64,000 bases of DNA from Carpediemonas membranifera BICM (lineage: Eukaryota > Protista > Fornicata): assembly GCA_019828565.1 (NCBI GenBank), contig JAHDYR010000040.1, positions 1-64,000 of the forward strand. Reading direction: 5' to 3'. Made by a program: the position numbers and the translations under genes. The notes under the pieces are model-generated. The model worked only from the letters and a program-made list of their open reading frames with translations, was not told the origin of the DNA and made no database searches. Below are positions 12,292-22,736 of the stretch, piece after piece. Position 1 is the first letter of the stretch. Each line of letters opens with the position of its first letter.

Positions 12292-15200
12292 ATGACATTT
12301 AAGAACAAAGAAAAAGCGGTTCCCCCGCTATTCCGCGACCCTTCAATGAAGGCGTTGCTTGATTTTTACCTTCACCTCCAAACGTACCGTTCCCTCGGCG
12401 GTAAGGCCGATATCTCCGAACTCGTCGATCCATCTATCGCTGACTATGTCTCGCAATGCATCGACGAGGCCGGTAACTCCGAAGACGATGATTACGTACC
12501 GTTACTGATGGCAACTACCGAGCGCCGCCGTCAAAAGCGCAACTTCAGCGATCTACGAATCCTCAAGCGCCTAGGCAGCGTACTGCGTCCCAGCAGATCC
12601 ACCGCTCAGCTCGATCTTTTCCGTCTACGCGCCAAGACCTTCGACCCCGTCGAGGTCAATAACGTCAATCGGAAGTTCAAGGCGCTCCAGCTGTTAGTCA
12701 ATCCAGATGTACCTGAGGATGTGCTCAAAGAGACGTACTGCAGATGCTTCCGCGTGCAAGGATCCAACACGATCATGTACAAGGTCAAGGAGCTCGCAGA
12801 AGGCCTCGACATCCCCTCGATCATGCCGAAAGTCATGGCAATGTCACGCGACCTACAGGAGTCGCAAGAGATGGTGAACTCCTTCTCCCCCGCTGCTGCC
12901 CGTCCCAGAGCTCCACATGTTCACGAGCGCGAGCCACGCAGTGACCACCAAGATCCCTCGGAGCGCCACGACCGCCAAGGTTCGAAGCCCATAGTGAAGC
13001 CCAACCGTCAGAACAAGCCCAAGAAGCAGTACGTGTGCTACAACTGCGGTAAGCCCGGGCATCCGTCTTTCAAGTGCGCTGAGCCGAAGGCATTCTGCCC
13101 TAAGTGCCACAAGTCAGGACACCTGGCCGATTACTGCCCTACCAAGAAGGGAGTAAATCAGCGTCGGTGTGTTCATTCTGTTTCGGATTCAAAATTCGTC
13201 GCGGCCCTGAATGCCCCGAAGGAGATTTCCCCGGGTGACCTCCCTGTAGTGAACGCTCGTCTCGGCAAGCGCAAAGCCAATTCTTTACTCGACTCTGGTG
13301 CCAACTGTTCCACCATAAGCCCCAGACTAGTCGACGAGAAACGCTGCAAATGGATCTCGAGAGAACCCACGCAAATCCACACCGTCGGAGATACCCGTCA
13401 AGCAGAAGGCGAGGTAGAAGTAACCCTCAAGCTGGATCCATCTCCGTTCACTCCTCATGGTTGTACACTCACTCTCCGCGCCTACGTGATAGACACTGCG
13501 TTCGACATCATCATCGGATTTCCTCAGATGGTAAGTCTCGGACTCTTGCCAAGCGCCATTCCCAGCTCCTCCGACCCGACTGAGGACTCTAGTGAGACCC
13601 CACCGGCCACGAAATACATCGCACAAGCCATGTCCGAGCTGTCCCAAGAGGCACGCGACCGACAGTCGTCTATACTTCGACGATACGCCTCCAACTTCAA
13701 AGAGCGTGATGCGCCTAGCCTACTAGACCCCTACGACCTGGTGATCAAGGGAAACAAGGTCGTGAACGTCCGTCCATACTTCGTGCCTCCTCCTAAGGTC
13801 CCCATCGTTAAGGAGCACGTTGACACCTTGCTTGCAAAAGGCTTCATAGAGGCCTGTCAGTCTGATTATTCTAGCCCGACGATCGTTGTCCCCAAGAAGG
13901 GTGAGAAGACGCGGTTCGTGGTCGATTTCCGGGAAATTAACTCCTTGACCGAGCCGTTTGACTATCCGATTCCTCGCATTGACGAGATCTTGGCACAATT
14001 GAGTCGCAAGAGGATCTTCGCCACTCTTGACCTTGCCGCAGGTTACCACCAAATCGCGCTAACCGAGCGTTGTCGCCACCTAACGGCCTTCCGAACTGTC
14101 TTCGGACAGTATCAGTACACTCGCATGCCGTTTGGCCTGCGGAACGCTGGGGCTTATTTCCAGCGCGCGATGGAGACTGCGTTCGAGGGTCTGGTCGGAT
14201 CTTCCTGCATTATCTATATTGATGACATTATTGTAATGGGAGACTCTGAGGCAGAGTATCTGGATAACCTAGAGCGAGTGATGGCCCGAGTCGAAAAGAT
14301 GAGACTCCACCTGGGTCGGGATAAGTGCCAGTTCGGCTGTGCCGAAGTTGAATTCTTGGGGTGGATCATCCACAATGGTACGGTTCGCATTTCACCTCAG
14401 CGTGTTGAAGATATAGCACAGTTGAAAGTCCCGAAGTCCACAAGAGGGTTCCAGGCCCTTCATGGGTTCCTGAACTACTTCCGCGATCATATCCCTTTCT
14501 TCGCCGAGCGAGTCAAGCCTATAACGGATGCAATGTCCGGTAAGACGAGTTCTACAAGCGCTGACGTCTCCAAAGCACTAGAAGACGCGAAAGCCGCCCT
14601 CTGCTCCGCGGATGCACTCGCGATCTTCGACGCCACGCGTCCACACGTTGTTATGACTGACGCTTCCGCCGTGGGATACGGAGCGGTTCTCCTCCAAGAC
14701 GGCAAGCCCGTCTGCTATCTATCGAAGGCATTTAATGATGTACAGTCGCGGTGGAGTGTTGGTGAAAAAGAGGCGTACGCCATTGTGTCCGCGCTCCAGG
14801 CCTGGCGCAAGTTCTTGTGCTGGGAGCGCTTCGAGATCAAGACCGACCACCGTAACTTGCTCTATATGTATAAGTCGGTCAACGCTAAGGTCAGGCGCTG
14901 GGCCGATTCTATCGCCGATCTCGATTTCACTATCTCCCACGTTCCCGGCCTCGATAACGGTGCCGCTGACGGTTTGTCTAGGGTGTTTGCCATGGCCAAG
15001 AAGACAGCAACGACCGAACAGATTCACCAAGCTCACTTGTTCGCTGACGTCCACCTGTCGAGACGTCTTACGATCGAGCGCCTCCGTGGCCAAGGACTGT
15101 CAGTCTCACGCGATGCAGTTGATAGGGTCGTATCCGACTGTCCGATCTGCCAAGTCCTCGATCGGCCGCCGGTCGACCAACCCGACGGTCTCCACACAGC

Positions 15201-16290
15201 TGTTGACACCCCACTACAACGCGTGGCAATCGACACGATGGGTCCTTTGCCGTCCTGTGACGGGTACTCGTATATTACCGTCATGGTAGATATGTGCTCT
15301 CGCTGGACTGAATTAGTCCCTGCCAAGAGCAACTCCGGAAAAGAAGCAGCCGAGGCCTTTATCAATACCTGGGTCCTAAGATATGGAGCGCCGCAAGTAC
15401 TCCAGTCAGACGGCGGATCTGAGTTTCACAATGGCCTATTCCGACGACTATCGCAAGAGGTGGGGTTCCAGCAGCATATCACCACCGCGTACCATCCTCA
15501 GGCCAATGGGATGGTGGAAAGAGCGAACCAACAAGTCGAGAGGATCCTTAAGGCCCGTAAGTTCCAGTTAAGAAACCCCAACTGGCTCACACACCTGCCA
15601 GTCGCAAGATTCATTGCCAATTCGACGCCGAGAATCCCTACGAGGCTGTCCCCGGCCGAGATCATGCTGGGAGCCAACATCACTATCCCATCGACGCTTT
15701 ATACCACGGACGCTTCCTCCGCAGGCATCACCCAGTCCCACCGTAAGGCCGCCGAGGCTGCGGTACAGCTGGCTAAGGCCAGGATCTCAACTATGCGTGA
15801 AGAGGCGCTCGCCAGAGCGTCCTCTACCCGCTCAGAGATCCTCAGTCGCTACGTGCTCGTCAAGTACGCCAAAAGACCCCCAGATAAGCTGTCGCCGGGG
15901 TGGCGTGGCCCAATGCGAAGAGTCGAGTCAGTCAAGCGCGACGGTGTCACCGTGGGCTACATTGTACAGGACCTGTCGCAGCCGAGAGACGGCCCGACGA
16001 TCAAGGTCGACGCTGCCAGAGTCCGACGGTTCAACCCTGGCACCTTGTCCGACACTCAGATCAAGGAGCTTGCCGCAGCCGCTACCGAGGAGTGGTACGT
16101 CGATCGGATCAGCCGCTCAGAGGGTCCCGACGGTAGCAAGAGATGTCCGATGTCCAGACGCCGCTATCTGGTGCACTGGACAGGCTTCGAGGACTCTGAA
16201 GCCACCCTGCAGGATTACAGCTTCGTCAAAGACTTGGCCGCGCTCACTGAGTACCTAGAGTCAGAGCAAGCCAAGATCGACGGTCTGTAA
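12292..16290 (+). CDS. Single-frame Gag-Pol polyprotein (2 CCHC knuckles, protease, RT, RNase H, integrase, chromodomain)
   Basis: CYNCGKPGHPSFKC, CPKCHKSGHLADYC, LLDSGA, YIDD, TDASA, CPIC, IDTMGP, QSDGG, VERAN, EEWYVDRI..YLVHWTGF. Confidence 0.98.
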   Translation: MTFKNKEKAVPPLFRDPSMKALLDFYLHLQTYRSLGGKADISELVDPSIADYVSQCIDEAGNSEDDDYVPLLMATTERRRQKRNFSDLRILKRLGSVLRPSRSTAQLDLFRLRAKTFDPVEVNNVNRKFKALQLLVNPDVPEDVLKETYCRCFRVQGSNTIMYKVKELAEGLDIPSIMPKVMAMSRDLQESQEMVNSFSPAAARPRAPHVHEREPRSDHQDPSERHDRQGSKPIVKPNRQNKPKKQYVCYNCGKPGHPSFKCAEPKAFCPKCHKSGHLADYCPTKKGVNQRRCVHSVSDSKFVAALNAPKEISPGDLPVVNARLGKRKANSLLDSGANCSTISPRLVDEKRCKWISREPTQIHTVGDTRQAEGEVEVTLKLDPSPFTPHGCTLTLRAYVIDTAFDIIIGFPQMVSLGLLPSAIPSSSDPTEDSSETPPATKYIAQAMSELSQEARDRQSSILRRYASNFKERDAPSLLDPYDLVIKGNKVVNVRPYFVPPPKVPIVKEHVDTLLAKGFIEACQSDYSSPTIVVPKKGEKTRFVVDFREINSLTEPFDYPIPRIDEILAQLSRKRIFATLDLAAGYHQIALTERCRHLTAFRTVFGQYQYTRMPFGLRNAGAYFQRAMETAFEGLVGSSCIIYIDDIIVMGDSEAEYLDNLERVMARVEKMRLHLGRDKCQFGCAEVEFLGWIIHNGTVRISPQRVEDIAQLKVPKSTRGFQALHGFLNYFRDHIPFFAERVKPITDAMSGKTSSTSADVSKALEDAKAALCSADALAIFDATRPHVVMTDASAVGYGAVLLQDGKPVCYLSKAFNDVQSRWSVGEKEAYAIVSALQAWRKFLCWERFEIKTDHRNLLYMYKSVNAKVRRWADSIADLDFTISHVPGLDNGAADGLSRVFAMAKKTATTEQIHQAHLFADVHLSRRLTIERLRGQGLSVSRDAVDRVVSDCPICQVLDRPPVDQPDGLHTAVDTPLQRVAIDTMGPLPSCDGYSYITVMVDMCSRWTELVPAKSNSGKEAAEAFINTWVLRYGAPQVLQSDGGSEFHNGLFRRLSQEVGFQQHITTAYHPQANGMVERANQQVERILKARKFQLRNPNWLTHLPVARFIANSTPRIPTRLSPAEIMLGANITIPSTLYTTDASSAGITQSHRKAAEAAVQLAKARISTMREEALARASSTRSEILSRYVLVKYAKRPPDKLSPGWRGPMRRVESVKRDGVTVGYIVQDLSQPRDGPTIKVDAARVRRFNPGTLSDTQIKELAAAATEEWYVDRISRSEGPDGSKRCPMSRRRYLVHWTGFEDSEATLQDYSFVKDLAALTEYLESEQAKIDGL

Positions 16291-17321
16291 ATCATGCTCT
16301 GCTTGATTTGCGCATTTTCGTTAGCCACAACCTCTAGAAAACAGCATATGATGTTGTTAATTGATGCTTTGCATACTGAATGGCGAGAGGAGCGCATACT
16401 GGAGACCAACGTCATCGCTTCCAGCGAGATAGTACACTGTCTTCCGTCGTAAGACAACAAGCAGTCTTCTTAATGTTAACGCACAAGGTTCTACAGCCTT
16501 TTACACCGTGAAGAGAACTATACGCATCGTTTGTCGACGTCAAATGGATTGACGGCGACCCAAAAATGCGTCGACGGTGTGGCGGAGTAAGCAACCACGA
16601 TGACCAGAATTGAACCTCCATCGCGAGGTCACTGGCCGAGATGACACCCTTTGGCGCACGTAGCTGGCGTCTATTAGGACCGAAAAGACGACCGGTGCGT
16701 GCACACCCATGTTTCGGGCAAGTCAGTACTACTGAAGGAATCGTTACCGTGTAACGCCTCAATCCATCACATTTGATGTCCTAATGGCGCGATTGATGTT
16801 GTTATTTGCATTAAGAGCTTACTCGTGGCGATCGTGTAGTTCTAGGGAGCTCCGAAAGAAGAAAGCACGAGAACTCGCCAACAAAGCCCTACTGAGGCTA
16901 TTGGAGGTCTTTTTGGACTCTATGTAAGAATAGGCGCAATCAGCGCGAGGACTTGTCCATTCCTGAGATCCGAACTCGTTATGTGCCCAAAAGTGCACAT
17001 TGAAATGTTTGCGTTCTTTACGGCCGAGGTATGGCCGTGGAGGGCAGGGAGACCTGCAGTCCCCATTCCCATAACATAGCATGCTCACACAGCGGTACCG
17101 CGACAATTTCGAATATTTTCGAATCTTCAGATTCGTTTTGATATCCTTACCGATTATGGCCTTCTGGGTCCTGCCAAGTCCTAGGAGTGGTCCAGCCGTT
17201 GGGGTGGCACCCAACAGGGCTGTATCCAATCGACCAACATCGGGAAATCCTCACCACTCGCCTGTGGCGCAGTGGCCGTGAAGGTGACACCTTGAGGTCA
17301 TGTCAGCCTATAGGCTGGCAT
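16291..17321 (+). other. Non-coding 3' internal region of the element, densely packed with stem-loops
   Basis: More than 15 hand-identified hairpins and no credible ORF. Confidence 0.6.
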
Positions 17322-17331
17322 GGAGGGGCAG

Positions 17332-17455
17332 TGTCAGGGTCCTACCCATTGTTTACATAGTTGATATATTTATTATTGCCATATTTACCACAGCAGGGTC
17401 AAACCCTCTCTTCTTTGCTTTTACTAAAAGTTCTTCTAAGTCTTGACAGACCACA
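17332..17455 (+). repeat. 3' LTR (124 bp)
   Basis: Identical to the 5' LTR; preceded by the PPT. Confidence 0.97.
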
Positions 17456-17746
17456 GAGCCCAAAACGCCGGCAGGTGTCACTCGTTGCGCTAGAAGAACA
17501 GAGCACTGAGTCGAGAGCGATGCTCGCACACCTGAGTCAAGACATGCAAGCCGCAGGCTAGGAAGAAAGCGCCCTCAAGCTAGAGAGTACAAGAAGGCTC
17601 CAGCACATTTTTTGAATGCCAAAGGACCAGACGTCTGGATCGAGTCAGAGAACCCAGAGATGAGATTCTGAGGCGTGCCACTAAGTATTTACTCGGATTT
17701 ACGGTAGAATCGATAGTCAACGGGTGAGGTGAGGGCCGACCGGAAT

Positions 17747-20170
17747 TTATGACCTCCCGTGATCCAACACCATCTTCGCCATGCACCCCGCACTCCCCTT
17801 TCCGGTGGCAACAACCTTGGCGATGTTCAGCACAGCCAGAGACTCCTCCCGCCAGCCGGACCCGAAGTCGTACTCGGCCGGCATGAAGTTCTGACACCGT
17901 GTATCCTTCACCGCCGCCCAGGCCGCCTGCCGAAGCCTGGCGTCTCCATTGGCCCCATGCAGGGCGGGCAGGAGGAGCTTGAACTTCAGGTCCCGGCCAG
18001 CAGCCCCCCATTCGTCGAACCCGTCCTGGAGATGGCCCAGGACAATAATGAAAGAATCAAACACGGAGGAGTCGAGGACGTCTCGGGCGGGGGAGTGGAT
18101 CGACAGCTGCTGCTGGAGTGGGAGCCGCATACTATGGTCAGCATCACTCAAAATCGTATCTAAAGATCTGCTGACTGTTTCAATTTGCGAGTCGTCGAGC
18201 TCTGCGCCAGTCTGGGCGAGGGTGGGCAGGACGAGGGCGAGGAGGGAGATCAGGGTGTCATATTTCATCGCTGCAGTCGGGAGGATCTCAAAGATCTTAT
18301 CAACGCCGTTGAGTAACTCAACCACCTCGTCCTTGCCGAGCAAGCTGGCGAGCCCGGCCACCCACCGCGCCGGCATCAGCATCTCCTCTCCGTGCCCGAA
18401 CCACTGGTCGGCCCCGCCTGCGAGCTGGGCGATGATAGGGGCGGGCAGACTGTCGGGCAGCAGGGTCGGGTCGAGCATGGAGACGAAGGGGAGAGAGTGG
18501 AGCAGGTGGGCACGCATGAGGGCGTCGGGGCGGGCTGTGAGGTAGGCTTGGAGGGAGGTGGCGAAGGGCGCTGTGAAGAGCAGGCGGCTGGCTGCAGGGA
18601 GGGCTTCGAAACACGGGACGTGGAGCCCTAGTGTCTCTGGGGAGATAAACTGGGAGAACGGGTTGCTGTCGAGACCCCGGATGGCCTCGGGGTAGACCCC
18701 GACGATGGTCCCCAAGAGACAGGCACCGGCCATGGCGTCGATCATCCCTTGGTCGGTGGCCAGGGAGGCCGGCATCGACCGGCTAGGAAGCCCCAGGACG
18801 TGCGGTGTGCGGTCCTGCACCGCAACGGGTGCCTTGGTCAGCATGCCGACGGAGGCAGCGAGCATAGTCTGCTGCGCGGCAGAGCTGGCCTCCTTGTCGT
18901 GATGGGCGAGCACGGTGATGGCCGAGGCGGCATACTGGAACGATTCCGCCGTCCTGAAGTTTGATAGCGACTCAACAGACTCGAGAATCTGGGTGGAGAC
19001 AAAGTCGCCGAGTTTTCCGGCAAATGGCGGTGTTGCAAGGACATCAAGGGTAGATGCCCTGAAAGAAAAGCCGACCGGGTCTGCAGGCGCCGACCGCAGA
19101 ATCTCAAGACACGATACCAAGATCTTAGATCCGATTGAATCTTCGTCAGCAAGGTCCCAATCAGCAGATACAGGCCTGTGCGCAACAATCGTCAAGACCG
19201 CGGCCAGCCTCCTCACGAGGGCGGCCGACCTGACCGTGAACTGGGTCGAGTAGCACACCCACTGCCTCGTCAGCGCCTCCAGCACAGTCACAGTGCCCGG
19301 GGCGCTCCAGCTCGCGATTCTGTCGGCCAGGGTTGGGTGGGCTGCGGCGATGGCGTGCCAGACCATGCCCATGGCCGCGGCGGCGTTAGACGGCTCTGAG
19401 TTAGTCGATATGCCGGCCAGGGCGGCAGTCATCTTTGCGAGCACGTAGAATAGGTCCGAGTGGGCGATGAAGTGGGCCGCGAACATCGAGTGGAGGGCAC
19501 AGCGGGCCAGGGCCTGCAGCAGGAGGACGTTCTCGGCAGAAGTCACCGGAATAGTGTCCCACGGCACGCGGAGGAAGAGAGGCGGCACACGGTCGTTGGG
19601 ACTGCGGGCCGACTCCCCGACGAGCAGGGCGAGGTGGACGTCGGTGTCAGACAAGTCGGCCAGCTCACCGAAAGTGAGCTCGCCGGGCGGATGCTCTGGG
19701 TCGAAAGAAAGGGGGGCCAACCGGGGCAGGGATGGCCACATGGGGAGGCCGGCCGTTCGCCTGGGGTGGAAGCAAGGGAGCATGAAGCACGGGCCCACCT
19801 CGCCCACAGCACACAGGAGGTTGTGGATGAGACCAATTGTGGGGGAAGACGTGAGGGTGAGCTCCCGTTGGGTGATGAGGATGAGCGGCAAACGGACGCG
19901 CTCGATGAGGGCGAGCAGGATGTCCCCAGACTGAGCACCGAACTCGCCGGAACGTGCATAGCGGGTGATGGCGCTCAGGACATGCGCACCGATCTCCCTT
20001 TGGGAGTGATCGGTGGACCGGATCACTCGGTGGAGCATGGCGAGCGTGACGCCGGGAAACACATCGAGATTATCGTCTGGGCGCATAATACGGCCAGTGT
20101 TGTGAAACTTGAGGCTATTAAACACGTTTTCAACCTCTGGGCTGGTTGTTCGCTCCGTCTTGCCGACCAT
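17747..20170 (-). CDS. RPAP1/Rba50-like RNA polymerase II-associated protein
   Basis: GVTLAMLHRVIRSTDHSQREIGAHVLSAI resembles the RPAP1 motif GYTL.EL..L.RS....QR..AL..L..I; 807 aa. Confidence 0.6.
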   Translation of the reverse strand: MVGKTERTTSPEVENVFNSLKFHNTGRIMRPDDNLDVFPGVTLAMLHRVIRSTDHSQREIGAHVLSAITRYARSGEFGAQSGDILLALIERVRLPLILITQRELTLTSSPTIGLIHNLLCAVGEVGPCFMLPCFHPRRTAGLPMWPSLPRLAPLSFDPEHPPGELTFGELADLSDTDVHLALLVGESARSPNDRVPPLFLRVPWDTIPVTSAENVLLLQALARCALHSMFAAHFIAHSDLFYVLAKMTAALAGISTNSEPSNAAAAMGMVWHAIAAAHPTLADRIASWSAPGTVTVLEALTRQWVCYSTQFTVRSAALVRRLAAVLTIVAHRPVSADWDLADEDSIGSKILVSCLEILRSAPADPVGFSFRASTLDVLATPPFAGKLGDFVSTQILESVESLSNFRTAESFQYAASAITVLAHHDKEASSAAQQTMLAASVGMLTKAPVAVQDRTPHVLGLPSRSMPASLATDQGMIDAMAGACLLGTIVGVYPEAIRGLDSNPFSQFISPETLGLHVPCFEALPAASRLLFTAPFATSLQAYLTARPDALMRAHLLHSLPFVSMLDPTLLPDSLPAPIIAQLAGGADQWFGHGEEMLMPARWVAGLASLLGKDEVVELLNGVDKIFEILPTAAMKYDTLISLLALVLPTLAQTGAELDDSQIETVSRSLDTILSDADHSMRLPLQQQLSIHSPARDVLDSSVFDSFIIVLGHLQDGFDEWGAAGRDLKFKLLLPALHGANGDARLRQAAWAAVKDTRCQNFMPAEYDFGSGWREESLAVLNIAKVVATGKGSAGCMAKMVLDHGRS

Positions 20171-20319
20171 TCACTTCCCGGCCGGATCGACTAGCCTTAA
20201 CCCGCTCGGACACCAGCCGGCGCCGAGTTCGAGCCGATGTTCCTAGTTATCCTGCACTCGAGAGCCACCTAGGAACATCGGCAGGACGACACGGAGTCCG
20301 CCAACGCCATGCCATACAT

Positions 20320-21082
20320 TTACTCAAGCTCAGGCGCCGGCAAGCTGTCGATGATGCCCTGCATCTGCTCACTGTTATAGTGCTGGATACCGTCAGTCGA
20401 CAGCCGGACGACCTGCACATTCTCCGTCGTCAGCTTCTCCTCCATCACCTGCTTCAGCAGGCTGACGACGCACTTCTCGCTCTCCTCGACAGTCATGTCG
20501 TCCTTGTACTCCCGGTTGAGACCCTGCTGGGCGCCATCACAGCCCGCCCCGATAGCTTTGCCCTTGCACTTGGCAAACGTGCCCGAAGGGTCCGTATGGT
20601 AGAGGACGGGTCCCTCACGGGGGTCTATGCCGCCGATGAGGAGGGCGACACCAAAGGGCCTCGACATGATGTCCTCCTCGTCGTGGCCGAAGCGGAGGGA
20701 GAGGTCGCAGACAGACTGGGTCAGGTGCCCCACGGTGATCGGCTCGTTGTAGTTGAAGCGGAAGTTCTGGGCCTCAGCACGGGCGTGCTCGATGAGAGTG
20801 CGTGCGTCGGCGGTGAGGCCGGACATGGCCACGAGGACATGGTCATCGACTTCAACGAGCTTCTCAGCTGAGGAGATGAGAAGAGGAGAGGTGCTGCGCC
20901 TTTCGCATGCGATAATCACTGCATCCTTTGTCTGAATGCCCACAACTGTGGAGCCAAGCTTAGTAAATGAAGAAACAAGAAAAACGGACCTTAACAGCCT
21001 CAATTGCGTATTCTACCTGAAATATTCTGCCCTCTGGGGAGAATGTGTTACCCTTATCATGTTCGTTTCTCGTCAGGAACAT
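20320..21082 (-). CDS. PSMA5: 20S proteasome subunit alpha-5; 31-nt intron 20959-20989
   Basis: Spliced product [31 protein letters not shown]|[23 protein letters not shown]. Confidence 0.96.
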
Positions 21083-21622
21083 TATTCTGTTCCGCGTTCA
21101 CAGTCGCCTCGTTTGACATGATCAATTGATCAGGGGATGGTACCCGCCCATGAATGTTGGTGGGTGGCAACCAGGCGCGTGTCATGCTTTGTACCTCAAC
21201 TGGTGATTTGAGAATGCAAACTGCTGCAGAGTTTCACCCAGCAACAGGTGACGCATGCGGCTGTTGGTGATGTCCTGGCTCCTGATCTGGCTCACTGGAA
21301 GCCTCTCCAGATGTCGGACCCGGGCTTTACTACGCAGTGACATGTGCTGTCCGCTACAAATACCTCAAGACGACCCGCGACCCTGGGACTTTCATGCCGA
21401 TCCTCCAAGAACAGTGCTAAGATTTCAGTCGACTTGGCACGCCGAGGTTCACTGGATGGCATGGTGCAGGAGATTCAACTTTATATTCTGTGGGCCACAC
21501 TCGGGCTGCTCCTGGGAACCAAGGACTCGCCCTCGATCGATAAAGCAGCTTTCAAAAGTATTAATAATAAATGTCAAGAGAACTCATCAAAGTAACCGGG
21601 CCGGGCGGACCTACATGCTATG

Positions 21623-22518
21623 TTACATGCCGCACTTCTCCTTCAATGTACGGACCTGCTCGCCCCTAAGCGCCGCCAGCTCCTGGAGCTTCATGTTCTT
21701 TGCCCCGAGGATGGCCACGTGCTTCCTCATCTCGTCAAGCTCGTGTTTCATCCTCATATACTCCTCCACAGTTGGGCCACCCCGGGCCGTGACATCGGAG
21801 AACTCGCGGTCGATCTCCTCGGCCAGGGCCCGGTCGTCGAACTCATCGGCAAACTCGTCGTAGCTATCTCCATTGGCTCTACCCGCGGGTGGCGACAGGG
21901 GAGAGTAATCCGACTCATACGACACGCTGCCAGACTGGTACGGCTCCGCTGAACCCCCTCTGCTCACGCGTGGGCTCGGGCTCGGGCTGTCCGAGGGGCG
22001 GGTCCTGTGGCGACGGGGAGGCGGGCGGGACTCCTCAGCCTTGTCCACCTTGTGGCGCTCCATGTACGAGGATGGCCGCTCCCTCTCTCGCGGCCTGGAG
22101 GACTTGGGAACGAAGACGAAAGAGTCAATCGCCAGCCGGGCACGCCAGAGGAGCTCCTCAATGGCACCAGGCTCGGCCTTGGCAAGGCTGGCGATCTCTT
22201 CGTTGCTGAGAGGGAGATTAAGCTTGCTCCGGCCCAGGATTTTCTCAGCGTGAGATGGGGAAGGGAAACGAACTCTTGAGAGTCTGCCAGTTGTACTTCT
22301 TCTGATCAAAGGAGCTAGCAGGAGAGTAGTTATGCAGGTCAACGAGATTTGGATGGAATTGGTGCACTAGCTCAGCGAACATGCAGGCGTCGCTGAAATC
22401 ACGGGCTATGTTTCTCTTCGGGCGGCTGAGTTCGATCGTATCTATCCACTGTATAAGTTTAACTAGGATCACGAACAGAATAAAGGTCTTGAAGCTCTTC
22501 TTCGCTCAAACTGCTCAT
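21623..22518 (-). CDS. SPEF1: SPEF1/CLAMP-like CH-domain flagellar protein; 28-nt introns 22449-22476 and 22246-22273 (second ends in TG)
   Basis: MSSLSEEELQDLYS|WIDTIELSRPKRNIARDFSD..LHNYSPASS..NWQTL..PGAIEELL. Confidence 0.88.
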
Positions 22519-22736
22519 TAGTTTCGGTTTTGTCAGATCTGCGCAAATTCCTTTGTGATATCTTGAGGCCACCACGAGTGGCGCACCGAGTGCGCAGCAG
22601 CTCGAAAGCGATCATGCGTCCATTCGAAGAGATCATCGCAGACTGCGATCCACTTAGAGAGCAGACCTCATCCTGCACAACGGCCCTGATCCGAAACAAT
22701 GCCAACCTAACTCGCAAAACAATAAATTTAAACCCT

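Larger units (their letters stand above)
12146..17455 (+). mobile_element. Full-length chromodomain Ty3/gypsy LTR retrotransposon with 4-bp TSD GAGC
   Basis: Identical 124-bp TG..CA LTRs. GAGC at 12142-12145 and 17456-17459. Intact gag-pol. PPT GGAGGGGCAG immediately before the 3' LTR. Confidence 0.98.

Noticed and set aside
16291-17321. env-like or accessory ORF, hammerhead ribozyme, or group I/II intron in the element's 3' region
   Set aside because: Only short featureless ORFs; no CTGANGA/GAAA core, domain V or P7 motifs found by eye.
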